From: Patescibacteria group bacterium
GTDB lineage: Bacteria; Patescibacteriota; WWE3; UBA101185; UBA10185
Assembly (NCBI GenBank): GCA_016926555.1
Contig: JAFGOI010000008.1
Location: 91,316 to 155,315 of the forward strand
DNA: 64,000 nt
Reading direction: 5' to 3'
The position numbers and the translations under genes were made by a program. The notes below the pieces were generated by a model. The model was not told where the DNA came from and did not search any database. It saw only the letters and a program-made list of their open reading frames with translations. Of the stretch, positions 26,495 to 36,990 are shown piece after piece. Every line of letters starts with the position of its first letter. Position 1 is the stretch's first letter.

Positions 26495-27697
26495 CTACAA
26501 TGCATTTGTGATCTTGTATATCGGTGTAATTATAGAAATAATCAGAAATCCTACCATTCCCCCTAACAGCACTAGTATTATCGGCTCAAGTGCTGAAGAT
26601 AATCCCTTGACTAAATGGTCTACTTCCCCAGCATAATAGGACCCCACACGAGACAGAACCTGATCCATCTGCCCAGTTTCTTCTCCAACACTTGCCATTT
26701 GCCCAATCAGAGGGGGAAACCTTTCATTCTGCTTAAAATACCCGGAAAGAGAATTGCCTTTTTCAACCTGCTTAACCGCTTCCAATGTGGCTTCTCTTAA
26801 ACCCCTATGACGAACAACATCGGCTACAATCTCAAGCGCCTCAACAATAGGTATAGCGGCAGATATCAGTAAGGAGAGAGTTCTCGCGAAAGATACCATA
26901 TCTTTTTGTTTATTTATTTTCCCAAAAACAGGGGCACGAAACACTATCTCAGTTACCATATCCCTTCCTGTCGGGGTTTTTAAAAATAGTCTCAACCCGA
27001 TAATCCCACCAACAACCAGTATGAACATAATCAAAATGTTATTCACCATAAAATCCGACAGATTTATCATCAGTGTAGTAATCATGGGCAGGGGAACGTT
27101 AAGACTGCGATACATATCGGCAAGTTTAGGGACCACAAATACCATCAATATGATAAACACACCTACCATAGCGATCATTACGATAGCGGGGTAGATCAGA
27201 GCTCCTTTGAATTTAGACGATAACTCTCTTTCTTCCTCTAATGTTTCAGCTAATCTGTTTAGGATTTCGTCAAGTTTACCCGATGTTTCTCCTGCCCCTA
27301 CAAGGGAAACATATGTTGGAGAGAAAACATTGGGATATCGTGCCAGGGCTGACGACAACGAGGCTCCTCCCTCAACATATCGCAGGACATCCTGAATGAT
27401 CCTCTGAAAAGCTTTATTTGAACTCTGAGAACCCAAAACTTCCAGAGCACGCGCCACAGGCAACCCTGCTGAGATCATCGTGGAAAATTGGCGAGTAAAC
27501 GCAACAACATCACTAGTAGGGACTCCTCTCAAATGAATTACCTGATCTATAATACCCTCTCTTTTCTCTGAAATGCTAACAACGAATAAACCCTGGTTTC
27601 TAAGAAGACTTGTGGCTATTTCCATGGAACGGGCATCAACTGTCCCTGTTCTAGAATCACCTGTTCTGTCTTTGGCTGTGTAAGAAAATATGCTCAT
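26495..27697 (-). CDS. pilC: Type IV pilus platform protein PilC (GspF family)
   Basis: Two T2SSF-like repeats (FTRQFSTMISAGLPVARALEVL...; FARTLSLLISAAIPIVEALEIV) and three TM regions. 400 aa. Confidence 0.85.
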   Translation of the reverse strand: MSIFSYTAKDRTGDSRTGTVDARSMEIATSLLRNQGLFVVSISEKREGIIDQVIHLRGVPTSDVVAFTRQFSTMISAGLPVARALEVLGSQSSNKAFQRIIQDVLRYVEGGASLSSALARYPNVFSPTYVSLVGAGETSGKLDEILNRLAETLEEERELSSKFKGALIYPAIVMIAMVGVFIILMVFVVPKLADMYRSLNVPLPMITTLMINLSDFMVNNILIMFILVVGGIIGLRLFLKTPTGRDMVTEIVFRAPVFGKINKQKDMVSFARTLSLLISAAIPIVEALEIVADVVRHRGLREATLEAVKQVEKGNSLSGYFKQNERFPPLIGQMASVGEETGQMDQVLSRVGSYYAGEVDHLVKGLSSALEPIILVLLGGMVGFLIISIITPIYKITNAL

Positions 27698-28761
27698 TTA
27701 ACACCTTTTAATAATCTTTTTAAGTCCTCAGGATAGGGAGAACAGTTAAACGCATCAACTTCGGTTATTAATTTTGACACAACAAGATTCGCTAAGCTTC
27801 TCTCCAAACTGAACATACCTACATTACTACTAGTATTTAATATATTTCTCAGCATATGGGCTTTGCCTTCTCTTATGGTATTTCTTACAGCATCCGTACC
27901 CAACAGTAGTTCTACTGCCGGTACCATTCCAAGTTTTTCAGATGGTAAAAGCCTTTGAGCAATTACCACTTCTATAACCTGAGCAAGCTGTAGTCTGATC
28001 TCGGATCTTTTCGCTTCAGGAAATGCGGATATGATTCTGTCAATGGTCTGTGTGGCAGAATTAGTATGCAAAGTAGCAAATACTAAATGCCCGGTCTCCG
28101 CGATTTGCAACGCAGCTGACATAGTCTCAATATCTCTCATTTCTCCAACTAACACAACATTAGGATCCTGCCTCAAAACCGACTTAAGAGCACTATCCCA
28201 ACTATGAGTATCTAAATACATTTCTCTTTGCTCAATCATAGACTTCTTATTGAAAAACATATATTCAATAGGATCTTCAATAGTTAATATGTGCACTGAT
28301 CTTTGATCATTAATTCGGTCAATCATTGCGGCTATGGTGGTAGATTTTCCTTGCCCTGTAGGACCAACAACCAGCACTAAACCTTGACTTAAATTGCACA
28401 GATGCATAATAGGATCGGGAAGATTAAGCTCCTCTAGAGTGGGTATAACCAAAGGTATTGTCCTTAAACTCAATGAAGGGTAACCTTTTTGATAAAACGC
28501 ATTAACCCTAAAACGAGCTTTTTGGCCTAAAGACACGGAAAAATCGAGTTCTTTGTTAACCTCAAAAATTTCTCGCTGTTGGTCATCCATAACCTGAGAA
28601 AGCACACCTTCAATATCAGTCTCGCTTATCATATCGTATTCAATTATTGGCTGTAGGACAGTATTCACACGAATGTAGATATTTGACCCCACAGTAATAT
28701 GCAAGTCGGACGCTTCTTTTTCTAATATTTCTTCTAAAAGCTTTGGAAGATTTACCTTCAT
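27694..28761 (-). CDS. pilT: Twitching motility/retraction ATPase PilT
   Basis: Walker A GLVLVVGPTGQGKSTT, IEDPIEY, and Asp/His boxes typical of PilT. 355 aa. Confidence 0.85.
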   Translation of the reverse strand: MKVNLPKLLEEILEKEASDLHITVGSNIYIRVNTVLQPIIEYDMISETDIEGVLSQVMDDQQREIFEVNKELDFSVSLGQKARFRVNAFYQKGYPSLSLRTIPLVIPTLEELNLPDPIMHLCNLSQGLVLVVGPTGQGKSTTIAAMIDRINDQRSVHILTIEDPIEYMFFNKKSMIEQREMYLDTHSWDSALKSVLRQDPNVVLVGEMRDIETMSAALQIAETGHLVFATLHTNSATQTIDRIISAFPEAKRSEIRLQLAQVIEVVIAQRLLPSEKLGMVPAVELLLGTDAVRNTIREGKAHMLRNILNTSSNVGMFSLERSLANLVVSKLITEVDAFNCSPYPEDLKRLLKGVK

Positions 28762-30521
28762 TTCGCCACCCTCATTACTTCTTCAAGAGTTGTAATGCCC
28801 TCAACAACTCTAAGGTAACCATCTTGTAATAGCGTGATCATACCTTCTTTAACTGCTTGAGATTGGAGTTTACTTGCTACCGAATCTTCTAATGTTATAT
28901 GTGATACCTCATCACTCATGACCAATAATTCAAATATACCGATCCTTCCTTTGTACCCAGTGTTGCCGCACTTTGGACAGCCTTTTGCTCTTGAAAGTTT
29001 AATACCTCCTGCAGATCTAAACTCTTTCACACACTTTGCTACCTCCGGGTCGCGTTTCATTAGAACATCATTAGATTCAATTTCACTTATAACATCTGAA
29101 ATATTCTCCAGAACTTCCTTAGGAGGATCATATCTTTCACGGCAATCTTTACACACTCTTCTTACTAATCTCTGAGCTAAAACTGCGTTTAATGTTGATG
29201 CCAAAAGGAAACTCTCGACTCCCATATCAAGTAGTCGGGGAATAGCTCCCGCAGCAGAATTAGTATGCAGTGTAGATAGTACTAGGTGGCCTGTTAAAGC
29301 AGCATGAACAGCTAGTTCTGCGGTTTCGCCATCTCTAACCTCTCCGACCATGATTATGTTCGGATCTTGTCTCAAAAAAGACCTCAACCCATTCGCAAAA
29401 GTCAGTCCTGCTTGAGGGTTAACCTGCACATGATTAACACCAGGAACACGAATTTCGACAGGATCTTCAATAGTTGTTACATTCACTCTAATAGTATTCA
29501 GCTTGCTTAATGCCGAGGCTAAAGTAACAGTCTTACCGGAACCCGTAGGACCCGTGACAAGTATCATTCCATTTGGCTTGAGCGAAGTCTCCTCAAATCT
29601 TTTAAGTGTTAAACCTCTCATACCGAGGTCTTTATATGTAAACACTTGGCCTTCTTCTTTCAACAGCCTCATAACTACTTTTTCGCCATTTATGGTCGGC
29701 AGAGTAGAAACCCTCAAATCTGTCTGTGTATTACCAACTTCGACCTTAAATCTTCCATCCTGCGGAATACGTTTTTCGTCTATCTTCATCTTTGCCAAAA
29801 TCTTTATTCTAGCCACAATAGAATCATGCATTTCCTTAGGTAATTTCCTTTTTTCCTCCAATATTCCATCTATTCTGTATCTTAATCGGGACTCTTCCTC
29901 CCCCGGTTCAATGTGAATGTCTGAAGCACCTGTCTTAACGGCAGTTTCCAGCATCATTCCTACAATTCTCGCAATAGGGGCATCCCGTATTACTGCTTGA
30001 CCAATTTCTTCGTTACTTTCCTCAATCTTGAGTGTTGTCTGTGCGATTTCCTCCATAGCTGCCGTTATTTCCTCACCCAGTTCCGTACCTTTCTGCTCTT
30101 CAAGTACTTTCTCGATATTCTTCTTTGTGGTTACAAAGGGAAGTACTTTATAACCCGTTTTTCGCTCAATAAAATCAATAGTCTGGAGATCAAGAGGGTC
30201 TATCATCGCAAGGGACAGATTATTTCCTTCTAAAGCAAAAGGAACAACATCATATTTTCGGGCTACAGCCAACGGCACTATATCCAACAAGGAATTATCC
30301 ACCTGAAGAGGATTAATGGTAACATACTCAATTCCATATACTTCTCCAAATGCTTCCGCGAGGGCTTCGTCACTTACGTATCCTCTTTCTTTAATTATTT
30401 TTTGGAGGGATTTACCTGTGTTAACATTCTCAAATTTAACAGCAGAAAGCTGATCTGAATCTAACAGCTTCTTTTCATATAATACGTCTGCAACTGTCTG
30501 TGAAGAACTTGTTTTGGCCAT
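28758..30521 (-). CDS. pilB: Type IV pilus assembly ATPase PilB (GspE family)
   Basis: N-terminal GSPII_E_N-like domain, Walker A LVTGPTGSGKTVTL, and tetracysteine CKDC...CPKCG. Confidence 0.85.
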   Translation of the reverse strand: MAKTSSSQTVADVLYEKKLLDSDQLSAVKFENVNTGKSLQKIIKERGYVSDEALAEAFGEVYGIEYVTINPLQVDNSLLDIVPLAVARKYDVVPFALEGNNLSLAMIDPLDLQTIDFIERKTGYKVLPFVTTKKNIEKVLEEQKGTELGEEITAAMEEIAQTTLKIEESNEEIGQAVIRDAPIARIVGMMLETAVKTGASDIHIEPGEEESRLRYRIDGILEEKRKLPKEMHDSIVARIKILAKMKIDEKRIPQDGRFKVEVGNTQTDLRVSTLPTINGEKVVMRLLKEEGQVFTYKDLGMRGLTLKRFEETSLKPNGMILVTGPTGSGKTVTLASALSKLNTIRVNVTTIEDPVEIRVPGVNHVQVNPQAGLTFANGLRSFLRQDPNIIMVGEVRDGETAELAVHAALTGHLVLSTLHTNSAAGAIPRLLDMGVESFLLASTLNAVLAQRLVRRVCKDCRERYDPPKEVLENISDVISEIESNDVLMKRDPEVAKCVKEFRSAGGIKLSRAKGCPKCGNTGYKGRIGIFELLVMSDEVSHITLEDSVASKLQSQAVKEGMITLLQDGYLRVVEGITTLEEVMRVAK

Positions 30522-30599
30522 AGGGCAGTACTACTTTATGATAACAACTAGAGTTACATATAGCAATCAGTAAATTAGCACACGTAGTATAATAAAAAT

Positions 30600-31271
30600 G
30601 TGAGTAATTCAATAATAATACTAGGTCAAAACGAATCAGCTCGAAAAAATAAAATAGAATCGATTGCAGGAATCAGCATACATAAAGGCCATCCTGATTT
30701 ATTGGTAATTAAACAGGAATCAGATAAAAAATCAATTGGTATAGGGCAAATCAGAAACGGTATAGCCTTTCTTAACGAAAAACCTTATTCGCGCAAAAAC
30801 AAGGTCTTGCTTATTCAAGACGCTAACAACATGACAACCCAGGCGCAAAACGCCCTTTTAAAAACACTCGAAGAACCTCCCGTACACGCAGACATTATCC
30901 TGGAAGCGAAAACAGAAAAGGGACTTTTGGAAACTGTGAAATCCAGATGCAGAAAAATACGCGCGGAAACCACGCTAGATGAATTAAATATAGGTAAAGT
31001 AGATGAGATTCCCGACGTTGATAGTACACTTCTGCCGTCAGACAGGGGTATGGCGTTGTATAGAACAAGTATATTATCCAAAGAGGACACAGAAACTATA
31101 ATAAAAGTACTTGAATTTTGGATCAGACAGTATAGAGAAAAACTCAGACAAAAAGGCAACCTGAAATATGTTACTAATATCGAATTGATAACATCGGCAA
31201 TAGAGGATCTAGAAGACACTAATATAAATAAGCAAATACTACTTGATCTATTAGCTCTGGAATTAAAATGA
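30600..31271 (+). CDS. holB: DNA polymerase III delta-prime subunit-like (HolB), short form
   Basis: MTTQAQNALLKTLEEPP motif. 223 aa. Confidence 0.65.
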   Translation: MSNSIIILGQNESARKNKIESIAGISIHKGHPDLLVIKQESDKKSIGIGQIRNGIAFLNEKPYSRKNKVLLIQDANNMTTQAQNALLKTLEEPPVHADIILEAKTEKGLLETVKSRCRKIRAETTLDELNIGKVDEIPDVDSTLLPSDRGMALYRTSILSKEDTETIIKVLEFWIRQYREKLRQKGNLKYVTNIELITSAIEDLEDTNINKQILLDLLALELK

Positions 31272-31302
31272 GAAATAAACTAAAATCAATAGGCACTTTG
31301 GA

Positions 31303-33291
31303 ATGAATATTATGACAGATTTTAACTATACAGAAGAACATATTCAGGTTCTGGAAGGGCTTGAACCAGTAAGAAAGCGTCCTGGAATGTACATTGGTTC
31401 TACCGGCCAGGAGGGCTTACACCACCTTGTTACTGAAATAGTAAATAACGCGATGGATGAAGCCATTGGTGGATATGCCACACATATAAAACTTGAATTT
31501 AATAAAGACGGATCAGCCACTATATACGACAATGGGAGGGGAATACCCTTTGGAATTAAGAAAGAATACAACGTCAGCGCTCTAGAATTAGCTTTTGCAA
31601 AACTGCACGCGGGAGGCAAATTCGGTGGGGGAGGGTATAAAGTCTCAAGCGGGCTCCACGGTGTCGGAGCTTCCGTTGTAAACGCTTTATCTAAATGGTG
31701 CCGCGTAATAGTCAAAAGAAACAGCGACTTGGTGATACAAGAATATGAAAACGGCGGAAATGTAATCAGAAATGTGGAGCCGGTAGAAGGAAAAAATCCT
31801 TCAAAAATTAAAGATGCCCAGTGGAATATAGATCTAAACTTCTTCAGTGACGAAAAAGAAGAATATAGCCATGGTTCTATTGTGCAATTCCTACCAGATA
31901 GCAGTATTTTTGAGACCACGGACTTCCAGTTGAAACACTTTCTGATGCAAATGCGGGAATACGCATTTCTCACGGCAGGAATAAAATTCGAGGTATTGGA
32001 TAATAGGAATAATCATAATTACACCTTCTATTACGAGGGCGGCCTAAAAGCGTATTTATATGCCCTGAATAGGAACAAGAAACTACTTAACGCAACTCCA
32101 TTTTATATTGGAAAAGAATACGAAGGTATCCACGTAGAGGTTACCATGCAATATAACCAATCATTTGGAGAAAACGTGATATGTTTTGCAAATCACCTGA
32201 AAAACATCGAGGGTGGCACGCACTTAAGCGGTTTTAGAACAGCTTTGACAAGATCAATTAATGACTACGCCCGAAAAAATTCTTTACTCAAAGAAAAGGA
32301 TCCCAATTTAGGAGGAGATGACCTGAAGGAGGGTCTTACTGCAATCATTTCAATAAATATGGACTCTGCGGACTTGCAGTTTGAGGGTCAGACAAAATCA
32401 AAACTAGGCAACACAAATGTTAGAACAGCAGTAGAAACTGTTGTAAAAGATGGATTAACGATATTTTTCGATGAAAACCCAAAAGACGCAAAAAATATAA
32501 TCGAAAAGAACATATTAGCATTTAAAGCTCGTATGGCGGCAAAGGCGGCTAGAGATTCGGTTATCAGAAAAACAGCTCTAGAGGGTGGGGGAGTACTTCC
32601 GGGAAAACTAGCAGACTGCTCATCTAAAGATCCCGAAAAAACCGAAATATTTATTGTCGAAGGAGACTCGGCAGGAGGATCGGCAAAGCAAGGCAGAGAT
32701 AGAGAAACCCAAGCAATCTTGCCGGTTTTCGGGAAAATTCTAAACACCGAAAGAGCCCGTTTAGATAAAGTAGTTGATTCAGAAAAACTTAAGCAGCTTA
32801 TTATCGCGATTGGAGCGGGAATTGGGGAACAATTTAACCCCGAAAAACTTAGGTATAACAAAATTATTATAATGGCCGATGCCGATGTGGATGGAGCTCA
32901 TATAGAATCTTTATACCTCACATTATTCTATAGACATATGCCCGAATTGATAGAACAAGGACATGTATACGTAGCTTACCCGCCCTTATACAAAGCAACT
33001 TGGGGAAAAGAGAAAAAATATTTGTTCGACGATACCGAAAGAGAAGCATTCATTAAAACTCCTCAAGGGCCGAAAGCCATTATACAAAGGTTCAAGGGGT
33101 TGGGAGAAATGAATGCAGAGGAACTATGGGAAACAACCATGAATCCAAATACACGAAGACTAAAAAAGATGATAGTTGACGATTCTTTGATCACAGATGA
33201 GACCTTTGATATGTTGATGGGAGAGGAGGTAGCTCCGAGAAAAAAGTTTATTCAAACCAATGCCAAAAGGGCGAATTTAGATATTACATAA
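31303..33291 (+). CDS. gyrB: DNA gyrase subunit B
   Basis: LEGLEPVRKRPGMYIGS, HHLVTEIVNNAMDEA, TOPRIM motif, EGDSAGGSAKQGRDR. Confidence 0.9.
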   Translation: MNIMTDFNYTEEHIQVLEGLEPVRKRPGMYIGSTGQEGLHHLVTEIVNNAMDEAIGGYATHIKLEFNKDGSATIYDNGRGIPFGIKKEYNVSALELAFAKLHAGGKFGGGGYKVSSGLHGVGASVVNALSKWCRVIVKRNSDLVIQEYENGGNVIRNVEPVEGKNPSKIKDAQWNIDLNFFSDEKEEYSHGSIVQFLPDSSIFETTDFQLKHFLMQMREYAFLTAGIKFEVLDNRNNHNYTFYYEGGLKAYLYALNRNKKLLNATPFYIGKEYEGIHVEVTMQYNQSFGENVICFANHLKNIEGGTHLSGFRTALTRSINDYARKNSLLKEKDPNLGGDDLKEGLTAIISINMDSADLQFEGQTKSKLGNTNVRTAVETVVKDGLTIFFDENPKDAKNIIEKNILAFKARMAAKAARDSVIRKTALEGGGVLPGKLADCSSKDPEKTEIFIVEGDSAGGSAKQGRDRETQAILPVFGKILNTERARLDKVVDSEKLKQLIIAIGAGIGEQFNPEKLRYNKIIIMADADVDGAHIESLYLTLFYRHMPELIEQGHVYVAYPPLYKATWGKEKKYLFDDTEREAFIKTPQGPKAIIQRFKGLGEMNAEELWETTMNPNTRRLKKMIVDDSLITDETFDMLMGEEVAPRKKFIQTNAKRANLDIT

Positions 33292-33339
33292 TACAATATA
33301 ATAAACGTACTTATTTGTTGTGTTATAGAAAGTTGCACT

Positions 33340-34284
33340 ATGACTATATTTTTAACAGGACATATAAAACCGGACTTAGATTCTATAACGGCAACTATTA
33401 CCTATGCCGAATTCCTCAAAAAAATAAAAAGATACGAAAACATGGTTTTGGTATCAGTATGCTCCGGTAAACCTAATAAGGAAACCATTCACATATTAGA
33501 AAAATTTGATATCAAAATCCCACCCCTTCTCGACGACACGGAAATTGAGGCTACCGATGCATTTATACTGGTTGATCACAACGAAGAATCCCAAAGGCAT
33601 CCAAAAGTTACCCGGGAGCAGGTTATAGAAATAATTGACCATCACAAGATAAATGTAAACTTTACATCCCCGGTAAGGTTGGACGTAAAACCATTTGGCG
33701 CAACTAATTCAATAATATACGAATTATTTGATATGTATGGGATAAAACCTTCTGATAAAACGAAAAAGCTGATGCTCGCGGCCATTTTATCCGACACGGT
33801 TGGTCTTAAATCTTCTACAACAACGGGTTTCGATTCTGAGGCTGCCAACAAACTAGCTAAAGAAACTGATTTAGATATAGATAAATTCACATTTGAGATC
33901 TTTAAAGCTAAATCAGACATAACTGGTCTATCCCCAGATGAAATAGTGAGGAAAGATTTCAAAATATTTGATTTCTCGGGCAAAAAAGTTTTTATAAACC
34001 AGCTTGAAACCGTTGAACCTGCGAAAGTACTATCTCAAAAAGAAAAACTTCTGGAGACATTAGAAGAAATAAAATCGCAGGAAAATGTGGGACATGCCTA
34101 TTTAGTAATTACAGATATTCTTAAAATAAATTCAAAGATCATGTACACCACAGATGAAGAAAAAGAAATAGTAGAAAAAGCTTTTGTTACGGAAGACAAG
34201 GATGGTATTGCTGATATAGGACCCCGAATGAGTAGGAAAAAGGATATAGCCCCAAAGATCGAAGAAGCCATGCTCAAGAATTAG
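33340..34284 (+). CDS. ppaC: DHH-family phosphoesterase, likely Mn-dependent family II inorganic pyrophosphatase
   Basis: TGHIKPDLDSITATITYAEFL and ILVDHNEESQ (DHH motif). ~310 aa, typical of PpaC. Confidence 0.6.
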   Translation: MTIFLTGHIKPDLDSITATITYAEFLKKIKRYENMVLVSVCSGKPNKETIHILEKFDIKIPPLLDDTEIEATDAFILVDHNEESQRHPKVTREQVIEIIDHHKINVNFTSPVRLDVKPFGATNSIIYELFDMYGIKPSDKTKKLMLAAILSDTVGLKSSTTTGFDSEAANKLAKETDLDIDKFTFEIFKAKSDITGLSPDEIVRKDFKIFDFSGKKVFINQLETVEPAKVLSQKEKLLETLEEIKSQENVGHAYLVITDILKINSKIMYTTDEEKEIVEKAFVTEDKDGIADIGPRMSRKKDIAPKIEEAMLKN

Positions 34285-34341
34285 GATAGACACCTAATTT
34301 TGATTGATCTAACGGTCAATAATTGATATTATTATAAAGAT

Positions 34342-36978
34342 ATGAACGACGAAGTAACTCAAATCGCAAATAGTAATTTTGACCCATCAGACGAGGGAAA
34401 TATGCCTTCAAATGTTATAAAAAGAGATATCTCAGAAGAAATGAAACACTCATACCTAGACTACGCGATGAGCGTTATTGTATCAAGAGCGCTCCCAGAT
34501 GTTCGTGATGGCCTAAAACCCGTTCAAAGAAGAATTATTTACGCGATGCAGGATCAAAACATGAATGCTGGAGGAAAATTCAATAAATGCGCAGCAGTTA
34601 ATGGTGAAGTAATGAAAAAATATCACCCACACGGAGATTCCTCCATATACGAAGCCTTAGTAAGAATGGGGCAGGACTTCACACTGAGATACCCGCTAAT
34701 ATGGCCGCAAGGAAACTTTGGCAGCATTGACGGAGATCCCGCAGCCGCACCTAGGTATACAGAATGTAAACTTCAGCACATATCGGAAGAACTATATAAG
34801 GATATAGATAAAGACACTGTAGATTATGTTCTGAACGATCTGCAAAACTACGAGCCGGCATATCTTCCGTCTCTCTTACCAAATTTACTACTGAATGGCG
34901 TAAGCGGAATTGCTGTAGGCATGGCAACAAATATACCCCCGCACAACTCATCCGAAGTCATTGCCGGTATGGTTGACATGATTGAAAACGCAGATAGGAT
35001 AGGTGAATCTCCATCAGATAGTGACATTGGAAGGGAAATATCTATATTCGACGGAAAAATGAGTTCATTCTACGTTAAAGTGGCGAAACCGGAATTTTCC
35101 TCATCATCTACAATAGAAAACCTTATTAAATTTATAAAAGGTCCTGATTTTCCTACGGGAGGCACAATTTACAATCAGAAGGAAATAATGCAGATGTACG
35201 CAACCGGGAGAGGAAAAGTTATAACAAGAGCTAAAATGGATGTTGAGGAAATAAAGGGCGGAAAAACAAGATTAGTAGTAACCGAAATTCCTTACCAAGT
35301 TAACAAAGCAACTTTGGTTTCAAAAATTGCCGATTTACACAGAAGAAAGAAAATCGAAGGTATAGCCGACCTTAGAGACGAATCAAATAAAAAGGGCATG
35401 AGAATAGTCATAGAACTGAAACGGGATGCAATAGTTAAAAAAGTGCAAAATAGATTATACAAATACACCCCGCTACAAAGTACATTCAACGGCAACTTCG
35501 TAGCTTTAATAGATAACGAGCCAAAATTAATGACCCTAAAAACTATATTGGAAGAGTTTATTAAACACAGACAACAAGTTGTTATAAGGAGAACATTGTT
35601 CCTCTTAAAAAGAGCTAAAGAAAGAGAACACATATTACAGGGTTTGAAAATCGCGCTTGATAATATCGATGAAGTAATCAAGTTGATCCGCAGCAGCAAA
35701 GATGTCGAAACAGCGAAAGCCGGTCTAATAAACAAATTTGGTCTTACGGAAATACAGGCTCAGGCGATACTGGATATGCAACTTCGAAGACTGGCCGCTT
35801 TGGAAAGACAAAAAATAGAAGATGAATTAAAAGATATCATAGAAACCATATCGGGGTATGAGAAATTACTGGCATCCCCAATAGAGATACTATCGGATGT
35901 AAAAGCTGAATTCCTAGAGCTTAAAGATAAATACGGAGACGAGAGAAAAACGGCAGTTGTGAAAGGCAAAGTAGGTGAACTAACCGATGAAGATCTAATT
36001 ACAGATGAAAACTGCATTATTACAATCTCAAAAACAGGCTACATTAAGAGACTAAAAGAAAACACATACAGAAAACAGGGCAGGGGAGGAAAAGGAGTCA
36101 AGGGCACCGAACTAAAAGAAGAAGATGTAGTAGAAGATATTAAAACATGTTCAACGCACGATTGGGCTTTATTCTTCACAAACACAGGAAAGGTATATAA
36201 ACTGCGAGTCTGGGAAATTCCCGAATCCGGAAGAAACTCAAAAGGAACGCCATTAGTCAATTTCCTCCAAATTAAACAGGATGAACAAATACAAGACTTT
36301 TTGTCAATTGATCCAGATACCTTAGATAACGGAAACGGCTACGTGTTTCTAGCTACAGAGAGGGGTAAAGTTAAAAAGACTTCATTACAGGATTTTTCAA
36401 ACATAAGATCTTCTGGAATTATCGCTATCAAGCTTTCTGAGAATGACAACCTGGTATTTTCGGGATTTACATCCGGGGGTGACGAAATCCTTATTACAAC
36501 GACAAATGGCCAGTCTATTCGCTTCTCGGAAGACGATGTCAGACCAATGGGAAGAACTGCCTCCGGAGTAACTGGGATCAACCTGAAAAAAGAAAACGAT
36601 AAGGTAGTAAGTGTGGTAATCATAGATAACACCAATGAAAAAAATAATTTAATGACCGTATCAAAAAACGGATACGGAAAGAAAACAGCAATATCTGAAT
36701 ACAAAGTGCAAAGAAGGGGAGGATCCGGCGTTAAAACCTACAAAGTAAACGAAAAAACGGGCAACATTGTATCCGCCAGAGTTGTTAACGGAAACGTTGT
36801 TGAAGACATACTAATTGCCACTGAAAGCGGAAAGATAATACGATTAGAAGCAAAACAGGTACCGCAGCTAGGAAGAGACACATTAGGTGTAAGGCTTATT
36901 AAGCTGGAGGATAAAGACAGCGTATCATCCCTTGCTCTTCTTTTTGAAGACGAAGAAGAAACAAACGGTAACAGCTAG
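34342..36978 (+). CDS. gyrA: DNA gyrase subunit A
   Basis: YAMSVIVSRALPDVRDGLKPVQRRIIYAM, QRDR HPHGDSSIYEALVRM, GyrA-box YRKQGRGGKG. Confidence 0.9.
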   Translation: MNDEVTQIANSNFDPSDEGNMPSNVIKRDISEEMKHSYLDYAMSVIVSRALPDVRDGLKPVQRRIIYAMQDQNMNAGGKFNKCAAVNGEVMKKYHPHGDSSIYEALVRMGQDFTLRYPLIWPQGNFGSIDGDPAAAPRYTECKLQHISEELYKDIDKDTVDYVLNDLQNYEPAYLPSLLPNLLLNGVSGIAVGMATNIPPHNSSEVIAGMVDMIENADRIGESPSDSDIGREISIFDGKMSSFYVKVAKPEFSSSSTIENLIKFIKGPDFPTGGTIYNQKEIMQMYATGRGKVITRAKMDVEEIKGGKTRLVVTEIPYQVNKATLVSKIADLHRRKKIEGIADLRDESNKKGMRIVIELKRDAIVKKVQNRLYKYTPLQSTFNGNFVALIDNEPKLMTLKTILEEFIKHRQQVVIRRTLFLLKRAKEREHILQGLKIALDNIDEVIKLIRSSKDVETAKAGLINKFGLTEIQAQAILDMQLRRLAALERQKIEDELKDIIETISGYEKLLASPIEILSDVKAEFLELKDKYGDERKTAVVKGKVGELTDEDLITDENCIITISKTGYIKRLKENTYRKQGRGGKGVKGTELKEEDVVEDIKTCSTHDWALFFTNTGKVYKLRVWEIPESGRNSKGTPLVNFLQIKQDEQIQDFLSIDPDTLDNGNGYVFLATERGKVKKTSLQDFSNIRSSGIIAIKLSENDNLVFSGFTSGGDEILITTTNGQSIRFSEDDVRPMGRTASGVTGINLKKENDKVVSVVIIDNTNEKNNLMTVSKNGYGKKTAISEYKVQRRGGSGVKTYKVNEKTGNIVSARVVNGNVVEDILIATESGKIIRLEAKQVPQLGRDTLGVRLIKLEDKDSVSSLALLFEDEEETNGNS

Positions 36979-36990
36979 TCAGCGAACATT

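Noticed and set aside
34342-36978. ParC (topoisomerase IV) instead of GyrA
   Set aside because: A GyrA-box (QGRGGKG) is present in the C-terminal domain and gyrB is 1 kb upstream.
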